A stretch of 15,297 nt of DNA from Paramicrosporidium saccamoebae KSL3 (Eukaryota; Fungi; Cryptomycota): the NCBI GenBank assembly GCA_002794465.1, contig MTSL01000134.1, positions 1 to 15,297 on the forward strand, written 5' to 3'. Position numbers and translations under genes: made by a program. This document shows, piece by piece, positions 1-8,777 of this stretch (the stretch's first letter is position 1; each line of letters begins with the position of its first letter). The notes below the pieces were generated by a model. It was not told where the DNA came from. It saw nothing but the letters and a program-made list of their open reading frames with translations, and made no database searches.

Positions 1-2
1 AA

Positions 3-2204
3 CAAGAGATTATTCCAATTTTAGAAGCTGATGATCTAGGGCGTCTTGAGTCTCTTTCAGCGGATCTGCGTGATGCAGTGCTTGATCCATTCTATTTGGC
101 TGAATTTGATGCCGTCAATCTTGCAAGCACTCTGGCAGATTTGAGAGTGTTTTCCAGATACGACTTGGATCTGCCAAAGCTTGGGGCCGTGCGGATCATG
201 AAATTGCTGATAGACAAGAATATTGCCTTCCAGTGCAACATGAATCGTATAGTGCAGAAAGCAAAACCCGAGGTTTTTCAGCTCTTGATTGATGAGGAAA
301 TATGGACGACGAATAAGAATGCGAATATTGAAGTTGCCAATGCAATCCGAGAGAAAGATCAAGAATACTTGCAGCGTCTCCTTGAGACGCTCAAAGTGAT
401 ACCTGACGAGGATTGCATCGAGTTATTAATCTATAATCGCAATTCAGATGCCTTCAAATGGATAAAGTCCACCCATCCCAACTGGACGCTTGATCAGAAA
501 CTGGTTGATAGATTCGTGCAAGGTGGATCAGGAATCATCTTGGAATGGCTCGACTCTCTCAATCTCGACTTGCTTCAACTAAGCGAAACTGTCTTGGATG
601 ATGCATTTCAAAAAAGGCATTTCCGTGTTCTCGAATGGCTTTTGAAAAAGAGCCAGCGCGATGGGACGCACAAGTTTCCATTGGAATGGACGTGGCAACA
701 AGAAGACATTGCTGTTATCGTTAGAGAAGAGTGTGTACAACTTTTGGAATGGTATGGGACCATCAATCCTGGCTGGAAGTTGAGCGAAGCAAACATTGCG
801 TTTGCGGTTACTTGGGGACTTTTGTCTATTCTGGAAGGGCATGCTCGTCAAAATCCTGATTGGACCTTGAACCCAGCCGCAATCGACGTTGCCATTAGGT
901 TAGGATATTTGCCTATTTTGATGTGGCACGCTGACAGAGTTCCAAGCTGGGTCTTGCAGCAAGCTGGTATTGATAGTGTCGCTGCGCGAGGGTACGTGCA
1001 CATTTTGGAGTGGAATGATTCCTTGAATCGCGCAGCAATTATGCCGAGCGCAGATGCGCTGAAACAGGCATATGAACACGGGCACTTGGAGCTCCTCGAA
1101 TGGTTCCTGATGAAATATCCCGACCAGGTTCTAACATTCCGACCCGAGTGGGCGTTGAGTGAGAAAGACATTCAAGCTATCATTGAACAAGGATACTTGC
1201 ACATTATCTTGTGGCACCTCTCTATCAATCCTAACTGGACACCAAGTGAAGAGCATATTGACACTGCTATCGAGAATGGACATTTGCTCGCTCTGGTGCA
1301 GTGTCTCCCCACTGATCTTGCACTGCCTTTACCAAGCGTATATCAACTTGATAGGATGTTCACAGAGGAAAGAGTCAATGATTTCGAATGGTTCTTTTCT
1401 TCCAATCGTGAATGGATTTTACCGCAAGAAACCATTGACGCTGCCAGTAAAGACGGATATCATAAAGTTTTGAGATGGTATGCCCGGATGAGGCCTGACA
1501 TGCTAAAGCCCAAAGTAGGTAAACTTATGGATTCTGGCACGAACGAAACTTTGGGAATTATAACTTTGGAATGGTTCCTGGAAACGTTCCACCATGGTGA
1601 TTTAGAATCGTTCTGCCCGAATTGGAGGTTGAACGCTGAGAATGTCACTACTGCTATAACGAATGGGTGTATGTATGTTTTGAAATGGTATGCAATCGGA
1701 AACCCTGAGTGGAAATTGGGGGAACGCGGCATTACTGCTGCAATCCAACATGACCGCCTGTTAATTTTGAAGTGGTTCGCGGACATGGAGCCTAACTGGA
1801 CGATGAGTCAAGATAACATTGATACCGTCGTGCTGTATGGACATGGGCACATTTTGAGATGGTATTTCACCACCAATCGTCCAATGCTTCTACCAAGCCC
1901 AAATTCGTTGAGCCGGGCTCTCTTTAGATTTCCATCGTACAAAACCCTCGACTGCTACACCCACACGCGCCGTGACTGGGAGGTAAATCAAGAGCACATT
2001 GATGATGCTACGAAATACGGACAGTTGCAAGTTTTGGAATGGTATGACCGTGTCATGCCCAACAGTATCAGACCAAGCGATGAGGCACTAATCTCGGCTC
2101 GTGAGGCTGGCCACGAAAATGTCATCGTATGGCATGTAAAGAAGCATTGCGAAAAAAGCATGATTTTATTGCTGACTCTCATAAAATCGCTTGAGATACA
2201 GTAG
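3..2204 (+). CDS. Array copy 1 (5'-truncated by window): Trp-rich ankyrin-like repeat protein, presumably secreted like its paralogs
   Basis: The frame is open from base 3 (QEIIPILEADDLGRLESLSADLRDAVLDPFY...) to TAG at 2202-2204. The listed 78 start is an internal GTG. Colinear with copies 2-4. Repeats of consensus W-x-L-x4-I-D-x-A-x3-G-x-L-x-I-L-x-W-x5-P-x. Confidence 0.9.
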   Translation, partial: QEIIPILEADDLGRLESLSADLRDAVLDPFYLAEFDAVNLASTLADLRVFSRYDLDLPKLGAVRIMKLLIDKNIAFQCNMNRIVQKAKPEVFQLLIDEEIWTTNKNANIEVANAIREKDQEYLQRLLETLKVIPDEDCIELLIYNRNSDAFKWIKSTHPNWTLDQKLVDRFVQGGSGIILEWLDSLNLDLLQLSETVLDDAFQKRHFRVLEWLLKKSQRDGTHKFPLEWTWQQEDIAVIVREECVQLLEWYGTINPGWKLSEANIAFAVTWGLLSILEGHARQNPDWTLNPAAIDVAIRLGYLPILMWHADRVPSWVLQQAGIDSVAARGYVHILEWNDSLNRAAIMPSADALKQAYEHGHLELLEWFLMKYPDQVLTFRPEWALSEKDIQAIIEQGYLHIILWHLSINPNWTPSEEHIDTAIENGHLLALVQCLPTDLALPLPSVYQLDRMFTEERVNDFEWFFSSNREWILPQETIDAASKDGYHKVLRWYARMRPDMLKPKVGKLMDSGTNETLGIITLEWFLETFHHGDLESFCPNWRLNAENVTTAITNGCMYVLKWYAIGNPEWKLGERGITAAIQHDRLLILKWFADMEPNWTMSQDNIDTVVLYGHGHILRWYFTTNRPMLLPSPNSLSRALFRFPSYKTLDCYTHTRRDWEVNQEHIDDATKYGQLQVLEWYDRVMPNSIRPSDEALISAREAGHENVIVWHVKKHCEKSMILLLTLIKSLEIQ

Positions 2205-2620
2205 CCCTTATACTATTCCACAGTATATAAAGTGATTGGCAGATTCGTGACCAACCATTTATTAAAGGCTGCGAAATGTATAGTGGGATCCCTGTTGATG
2301 GATGAGCTCGCTTTTATTAAAGTATATGGCTCCTTTATAGGCAGCTATTTTTAATAGGTGATCGGACTGAACTGAGGCCAAGTAAATGTGTCCGTAACTG
2401 GCATATTGTAAAATATTCAAACTGTGGCGACCAATAAAGGGAGCACGATTTTAATCAGTCTTAATTATGACCTTTTGTCAGCTCGACAGTTACATAGTCC
2501 CACTGGTAGCAGGAGCGCTCACTCTCGTCCAACTTAGGTCAACAACCACGACCAAGTCAGCAATTCACCCGAACTACCGTTTGCTAGTGATGAGTCAGAG
2601 TTAGTGCCCCTGCCCTCGCA

Positions 2621-2702
2621 CGCCTATATAAAAGCAGTAGCGGAGTTTATTGGGCGACTGACATCTATCCTCGCCTATAATACAGCCGGGGCAGCGACTA
2701 TT
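2621..2702 (+). promoter_or_regulatory. Putative core promoter of copy 2 (TATA-like elements + conserved 14-mer)
   Basis: CGCCTATATAAAA at 2621, TAGCGGAGTTTATT at 2638-2651, and a second CGCCTATAATACAG at 2672. The block is conserved upstream of copies 3 and 4. Confidence 0.55.
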
Positions 2703-2743
2703 CACGGCAATTAATTGACTACGCAACGCTAGCACTGGTAGCC

Positions 2744-5242
2744 ATGCGTCTATTACGCGCTATGTTTTATCTACCCTTTTTTCTCAGACCTATCATCGGT
2801 TCAAGCCACATTAATTTGAACGAAATGACTGAGGAAGAACTATACAGATACGCAACTAATCCGAACCGTGATGCTGATACGTTCGCATCGATTGTGAGAG
2901 TAGCCAGAGAGAATAAGTATACCATGTTCCTCGAAAATATATCTATCATGCCAAATGTGTCGGCTGAGGATCGTGATAACTCTTTTCAAGACTGGCGTAT
3001 TTTCCAATGGTCCCCTGAGCCACGTTCAAATCTGAGCCAAGACGAGGAGAAAAAAGCCATTCCCCTTCTAGAAGCTGATGATCCAAAGTGTCTTGAGTCC
3101 CTTTCAGCAGAGTTGCTTAATGCGGTGCTGGACCCATTCTACTTGGCTGAATTTGATGCCGTCAATCTTGCAAACACTATGGCAGATTTGAGAGTGTTCT
3201 CCAGATACGACTTGGATCTGCCAAAGCTTGGGGCCGTGCGGATCATGAAATTACTGATAGACAAGAATATTGCGTTCCAGTGCGACATTTACCGCACAGT
3301 TCGGGATGGAAATGCCAAAGTCCTTCAATTCTTGGTTGATGAGAGGGTATGGAAGGCCGATGAGAATGTAAATCGTGAAGTTGTCCTTGCAATCTACGGG
3401 GGAGAACAAGAATACTTGCAGCGCCTTCTTGAGATGCTCAAAGTGGTGCCTAACACAGAGTGCGTCAAGTTACTGATTGAGAAACAAAATTCAGATGCTT
3501 TCAGATGGATAAAGTCGGCTCATCCCGACTGGAAGATCAATCAGGCACTGGTCGATTACATGGTACAACGTGGATCAGGAGACGATTTAGAATGGTGTGA
3601 CTCTCTTAATCTCGACTTGCTCCAACTAAACGAAACCATCCTAGATGACGCATTTCAAAGAGGTCATTTCCGTGTTCTCGAATGGCTTTTGAAAAAGAGT
3701 CAGCGCGATGGAGTGTACGAGTTCCCATTGGAATGGACGTGGCAACAAAACGACATTGATACTATCGTTGAACAAGGATGTGTACAGCTCGTAGAATGGT
3801 ACGGGAAGATCAGTCCTGGCTGGAATCTGAATGAAACGAACATTGCGTCTGCGGTTGAACAAGGGCTCTTGATTATTTTGGAAGACTACGCTAGTAAGCA
3901 TCCTGGCTGGGCCCTACAACAAACTGAAATCGAGATTGCCATTAAAGGAGGACATTTGCACATTTTAAGGTGGCACGCCGAGAGAATTCCGAGCTGGGTT
4001 TTGCAGCAAGCTGAAATCGATAGTGCTGCTGCGCGAGGACATATGCACATTATAAAATGGAACATTTCCTTTAACAGCGCAACGCTTTTACCTAGCGCAA
4101 ATGCGCTTAATCAGGCACGCGTATATGAGTACTTGGAGCCCCTTGAATGGTTCCTGGTAAAGTGTCCTGATCAGATACTAGCATTCCGACCCGAGTGGGC
4201 GTTGAGTGAGAGAGACATTCAGGCTGCCATTGAGCAAGGATACTTGCACATTATCTTGTGGCACCTCTCTGTCAATCCTCACTGGGCACCAGGTGAAATG
4301 GAAATTGATGCTGCTATCGAGAATGGACATTTACAAGCTCTAGTTCAATGTCTCTCTGATAATCTTGCGCTGCCTCTACCAAGTGTGTATCAACTTGAAA
4401 AGATGTTTGCGGAGGAAAGAGCCGGCGATCTCGAATGGCTTTTCTCTTGCGGTCGTGAATGGATTTTATCGCAAGAAACCATTGATGCTGCTACTGAAGG
4501 CGGATATCATGAAATCTTGAGATGGTACGCCCGAAAAATGCCCAACATGCTAAAACCCAACATAGCTACGCTTGCGGATTTTGAAACAGCCGAAAATTCG
4601 GCAATGTTAACTTTCGAATGGTTCCTGGAAATGTTCTACCACGACAGTTTACAGTTGTTTAAACCTGACTGGGAGTTGGACACGACTTTTGCAGCCATGG
4701 ATGGATGTATATACACTTTAAAATGCCACGCAATCCATTACCCATTCCGGAAATTGGGGGAACGCGAAATCACCGCTGCGATCGAGCATGACCACCTGCC
4801 AATCTTGGAGTGGTGGGCAGACAGGGAGCCTAACTGGGTGATGAGTCAAAATGACATTGAGGCTGCCGTTTTGTATGGCCATGCACACATTTTGAAGTGG
4901 TACCTTGAAACCAACCGCCGAATGCCTCTGCCAGGCCCAAAAGTGTTGAGTCGGGTTCTTCTTAGGTTTCCATCATACAAAACCCTCGACTGCTACACCC
5001 ATACGCGCCGTGACTGGGAGGTAAATCAAGAGTGCATCGATGATGCTACTAAAAATGGACAATTGCGGGCTTTGGAATGGTATGATCGTGTCATGCCCAA
5101 CAGCGTCAGACCAAGCGATGAGGCACTGAGCTTGGCCCATGATGCTGGTCACAATAACACTATCGTGTGGTGTGTAAAAAAATATCACTCAGAAGGCATG
5201 ATTTTTTTGCTGACTCTTATGAATTCGCTCAAGATACAGTAG
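2744..5242 (+). CDS. Array copy 2: putative secreted ankyrin-like repeat protein, 832 aa
   Basis: gccATG start, hydrophobic N-terminus MRLLRAMFYLPFFLRPIIGS (signal-peptide-like), uninterrupted ORF, same repeat architecture, ends LLTLMNSLKIQ*. Confidence 0.92.
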   Translation: MRLLRAMFYLPFFLRPIIGSSHINLNEMTEEELYRYATNPNRDADTFASIVRVARENKYTMFLENISIMPNVSAEDRDNSFQDWRIFQWSPEPRSNLSQDEEKKAIPLLEADDPKCLESLSAELLNAVLDPFYLAEFDAVNLANTMADLRVFSRYDLDLPKLGAVRIMKLLIDKNIAFQCDIYRTVRDGNAKVLQFLVDERVWKADENVNREVVLAIYGGEQEYLQRLLEMLKVVPNTECVKLLIEKQNSDAFRWIKSAHPDWKINQALVDYMVQRGSGDDLEWCDSLNLDLLQLNETILDDAFQRGHFRVLEWLLKKSQRDGVYEFPLEWTWQQNDIDTIVEQGCVQLVEWYGKISPGWNLNETNIASAVEQGLLIILEDYASKHPGWALQQTEIEIAIKGGHLHILRWHAERIPSWVLQQAEIDSAAARGHMHIIKWNISFNSATLLPSANALNQARVYEYLEPLEWFLVKCPDQILAFRPEWALSERDIQAAIEQGYLHIILWHLSVNPHWAPGEMEIDAAIENGHLQALVQCLSDNLALPLPSVYQLEKMFAEERAGDLEWLFSCGREWILSQETIDAATEGGYHEILRWYARKMPNMLKPNIATLADFETAENSAMLTFEWFLEMFYHDSLQLFKPDWELDTTFAAMDGCIYTLKCHAIHYPFRKLGEREITAAIEHDHLPILEWWADREPNWVMSQNDIEAAVLYGHAHILKWYLETNRRMPLPGPKVLSRVLLRFPSYKTLDCYTHTRRDWEVNQECIDDATKNGQLRALEWYDRVMPNSVRPSDEALSLAHDAGHNNTIVWCVKKYHSEGMIFLLTLMNSLKIQ

Positions 5243-5637
5243 CCCTTATACTATTATGCGGTATATAAAGTGAGTGGCAGGTCCTAGGTGAGCCATTTCA
5301 TAAAGATTGTGGGGTTTGTAGCAAGACCATTTACCGTGGATTTGTAAATATAATGTACTCTTTCGCAAAGGTACTCGAAATGACACAAGGTCAAGCAAAC
5401 ATGTTTATAAAGGGCTAATCACGAGAGATTCAGGCCGTGGTGGCTGATGGAAAATATGCAATCCCCGTCAGTTGTAATTAAAACTCTTTGGTTCCAGATC
5501 GGCCGCCTCGTATTTAAATTGGTGAGTGGGATTCCTCTCGCTTAACGCAGGTCAATGACCATGGCCAAACCAATGCTTTACTCGAATTTTTGTTTGCTAG
5601 CGATGCACCAGAAACAATCACCTCGTCCCCCCCCCCA

Positions 5638-5720
5638 CGCCTATATAATACAGTAGCGGAGTTTATTAAATAACTGACATTTATCCTCGTCTATAACACG
5701 GCCGGGGCGGCGACTATATC
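5638..5720 (+). promoter_or_regulatory. Putative core promoter of copy 3
   Basis: CGCCTATATAATACAG, TAGCGGAGTTTATT (5654-5667), CGTCTATAACACGG and GGGGCGGCGACTATATC, preceded by a C10 run (5627-5636). Confidence 0.55.
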
Positions 5721-5741
5721 TGTGACAATTAATTGGCAACC

Positions 5742-8249
5742 ATGCATCTATTGCGAGCTGTGTTTTATCTGTTCTTTCTTTTAAAATCCATCATTGGTTC
5801 AAGTCGCACTAATTTGGACAAGATGACCGAGGAAGAGCTATACAGATACGCAACCAATCCGAACCGTGAGGCTGGTAAATTCGCATCAATTGTGAGAGTG
5901 GCGACCAAAAAAAAGTATACCATGTTCCTCGAAAATGTTTCCATCATGCCAAATCTGCAGACTGCAGAACGTGACAGTTATTTTAGGAACCGACGTAACC
6001 TTCAGTGGCGCCCTGAACCTCGTTTAGTCTTGAGCCAAGACGCGGAACAAGAGATTATTCCAATTTTAGAAGCTGATGATCCATGGCGTCTTGAGTCTCT
6101 TTCAGCGGATCTACGTAATGCGGTGCTTGATCCATTCTATTTGGCTGAATTTGATGCTGTCAATCTTGCAAGCACTCTGGCAGATTTGAGAGTGTTTTCC
6201 AGATACGACTTGGATCTGCCAAAGCTTGGGGCTGTGCGGATCATTAAATTGTTAATAGACAAGGACATTACGTTTCAGTGTGACATTTGTCTTATAGTTC
6301 ATGAAGGAAATGACAAAACCATCCAGTTCCTGATCGATGAGAAAGTATGGAGGGTGGACAAGAATGCAAACATTGAAGTCGCCAATGCAATCCGAGAGAA
6401 TAAACAAAAATACTTGCAGCGTCTCCTTGAGACGTTCAAAGTGGTACCTGACGAGCATTGCATCAAGTTATTAATCTATAATCGCAATTCAGATGCTTTC
6501 AAATGGATAAAATCGGCTTATCCCGACTGGAGGATAAATCAAGAGATAGTCGATCAATTAGTGCGATATGGAATGGGAGACCTGATGGAATGGTGCGACT
6601 CTCTCAATCTCGACTTGCTTCAACCAAGCGAAACCGTCCTAGAGGACGCATTTCAAAAAAGACATTTTCGCGTTCTCGAATGGCTTTTGAAAAAGAGTCA
6701 TCGTGATGAACTGTACAAGTTCCCATTGGAATGGACATGGCAACAAAATGAGATTGATATGATCGTGAAAAAAGAATGTACACAACTCTTAGAATGGTAC
6801 AGAACAATCAATCCTGGCTGGAAGTTGAGTGAAGGAAACATTGCGTTTGCGGCTAATTGGGGACTTTTGTCCATTCTGGAAGGGCATGCCGATCAAAATC
6901 CTGATTGGACTTTGCAGCAGGCTGAAATTAGCCTTGCTGTTATGGAAGGACATTTGGAAATTTTAAAGTGGCACGCCAATAGAGCTCCTGATTGGGTTCT
7001 GCAGCAAGCTGAAATTGACAGTGCCACTGCGCGAGGACATGTGCACATTCTGAAATGGAATGATTCTTTAAGCAGAACAACGATTATACCTAGCGCAGAT
7101 GCGCTGAATCAGGCACGTGAATATGGGAATTTAAAGTCCCTTGAATGGTTTCTGTTAAAGTATCCTGATCAGATATTAGCGTTCCGACCCGAGTGGAGGT
7201 TGAATGAGGACAAAATTCGAGCCGCCATTGAGAAAGGATATTTGCAAATCATATTGTGGCACGTCTCTAGCAACCCTAACTGGACACCCAATGAAGTGCA
7301 TATTGACACTGCTGTCAAGACTGGAAACTTGCACACTCTAATCCAGTGTTTCTCTGCTAGTCTTGCGCTGCCTCTACCAAGCATATCGCAACTCGAAGCA
7401 ATGCTTGCAGAGGATGAAATAAATAACCTCGAATGGTTGTTCTCTGTCAGCCGTGAATGGATTTTACCACAAGAAAAGATTGATACTGCCACTAGAAGTG
7501 GGAATCATAAAGTTTTGAACTGGTATGCACGCATAAAGCCTAGCATGCTGAAACCCAGCGTGGGTGAACTCGTGGGTCTTTACACGGACAAAACTTTGGG
7601 AATTCTGACTTTGGAATGGTTCCTGGAAAGGTTCCACCGTGATAGTTCAAAGTCGTTTTATCCTACTTGGAAGTTGGATCGGCAGGACATTTTTATTGCT
7701 GCCACGAACGGATGTATAAACGTTTTAAAATGGCAGGCAGGCAGTCAGCCTGACTGGAAATTGAGCGAAAGCAACCTTAGTGCTGCAATTCGACATGGAC
7801 GCTTATTAGTCTTGGAATGGTTTTCAAACCTGAATCCTCCTTGGATGATGAGTCAGGATAATATTGATGATGCCGTTGAGTGTGGTCAGGGACACATTTT
7901 GAAATGGTATTTTGAAACCAATCGCCCGATGCTTCTACCAAGCCCACATATATTGGACCGGGTTCTCCTCAGGTTCCCATCATACAGAACCCTCGACTTT
8001 TACACCTCGACACGTTGTGACTGGGCGGTGAGTCAAAATCACATTGACTCTGCCACTATAAATGGACAGTTGCGGGCTTTGGAATGGTACGATCGCGTCA
8101 TGCCCAATAGTATCAAACCAAGTCTAGCTGCACTAAACGCGGCTAGGAATTCTGGCCATAGCAACCTCATCGCATGGTGTATAAGAAAACACCACTCAGA
8201 AGGCGCAATTTTCTTGCTGACCCTTATGAATTCTCTCAAGATACAGTAG
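5742..8249 (+). CDS. Array copy 3: putative secreted ankyrin-like repeat protein, 835 aa
   Basis: The first ATG (accATG, 5742) aligns with the copy 2 start; the track's 5733 start is a TTG. N-terminus MHLLRAVFYLFFLLKSIIGS, same architecture. Confidence 0.92.
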   Translation: MHLLRAVFYLFFLLKSIIGSSRTNLDKMTEEELYRYATNPNREAGKFASIVRVATKKKYTMFLENVSIMPNLQTAERDSYFRNRRNLQWRPEPRLVLSQDAEQEIIPILEADDPWRLESLSADLRNAVLDPFYLAEFDAVNLASTLADLRVFSRYDLDLPKLGAVRIIKLLIDKDITFQCDICLIVHEGNDKTIQFLIDEKVWRVDKNANIEVANAIRENKQKYLQRLLETFKVVPDEHCIKLLIYNRNSDAFKWIKSAYPDWRINQEIVDQLVRYGMGDLMEWCDSLNLDLLQPSETVLEDAFQKRHFRVLEWLLKKSHRDELYKFPLEWTWQQNEIDMIVKKECTQLLEWYRTINPGWKLSEGNIAFAANWGLLSILEGHADQNPDWTLQQAEISLAVMEGHLEILKWHANRAPDWVLQQAEIDSATARGHVHILKWNDSLSRTTIIPSADALNQAREYGNLKSLEWFLLKYPDQILAFRPEWRLNEDKIRAAIEKGYLQIILWHVSSNPNWTPNEVHIDTAVKTGNLHTLIQCFSASLALPLPSISQLEAMLAEDEINNLEWLFSVSREWILPQEKIDTATRSGNHKVLNWYARIKPSMLKPSVGELVGLYTDKTLGILTLEWFLERFHRDSSKSFYPTWKLDRQDIFIAATNGCINVLKWQAGSQPDWKLSESNLSAAIRHGRLLVLEWFSNLNPPWMMSQDNIDDAVECGQGHILKWYFETNRPMLLPSPHILDRVLLRFPSYRTLDFYTSTRCDWAVSQNHIDSATINGQLRALEWYDRVMPNSIKPSLAALNAARNSGHSNLIAWCIRKHHSEGAIFLLTLMNSLKIQ

Positions 8250-8642
8250 CCCTTACACTATTATGCGGTATATAAAGTAATTGGCAGATCCATGATGAAC
8301 GATTGTATAAAGATTGTGGGGTTTGCAGCAAGACCACTTACCGTGGGTTCATAGATATAACGCACTCCTTCGCAAAAGTGCACAAAGTGACACGAGGTCA
8401 AGCAAACATGTTTACAAAGGGCTAATTACGAGAGATTCAGACTGTGGTGGCTGATGGAAAATATGCAATTCTCGTCAGTTTTAATTAAAGCTCTTTGTTA
8501 TCAGATCGGCCACCTCACACTTCAATTGGTAAGTGAGATGCCTCTCGCTTAGCGCAGGTCGATGGCCATGACCGAGCCAATAGCTCAACTAAAGTATTGT
8601 GAGTTAGCAATGAGACATAACCAATGTCCCTGTTCTTTCATA

Positions 8643-8730
8643 CCTGTAATAAAACAATAGCGGAGTTTATTAGAGGGCCTCGTGACAGCAATCTTCGTTT
8701 ATACTACAACCGGGGAGCGGCGACCATATC
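8643..8730 (+). promoter_or_regulatory. Putative core promoter of copy 4 (TATA-like elements more degenerate)
   Basis: TAGCGGAGTTTATT (8658-8671) is retained exactly and GCGGCGACCATATC is retained. The TATA-like boxes have changed to CCTGTAATAAAA and CGTTTATACTACA. Confidence 0.45.
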
Positions 8731-8777
8731 TGTGTCAGCCTATTAATATTAATTACGCAACATTAGCGCCGATAGTC

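Noticed and set aside
5989-6020. RR dibasic or RxLR-like host-targeting motif after the signal peptide (RNRRNLQW, RDRRNLKW)
   Set aside because: It is not conserved in copy 2 (QDWRIFQW) and does not match RxLR-dEER.
8682-8777. 32-aa N-terminal extension of copy 4 (GTG start), and the TTG start of copy 3 at 5733
   Set aside because: These are non-ATG starts in a eukaryotic context. They overlap the conserved promoter block, and the downstream ATGs align with copy 2 and expose the signal peptide.
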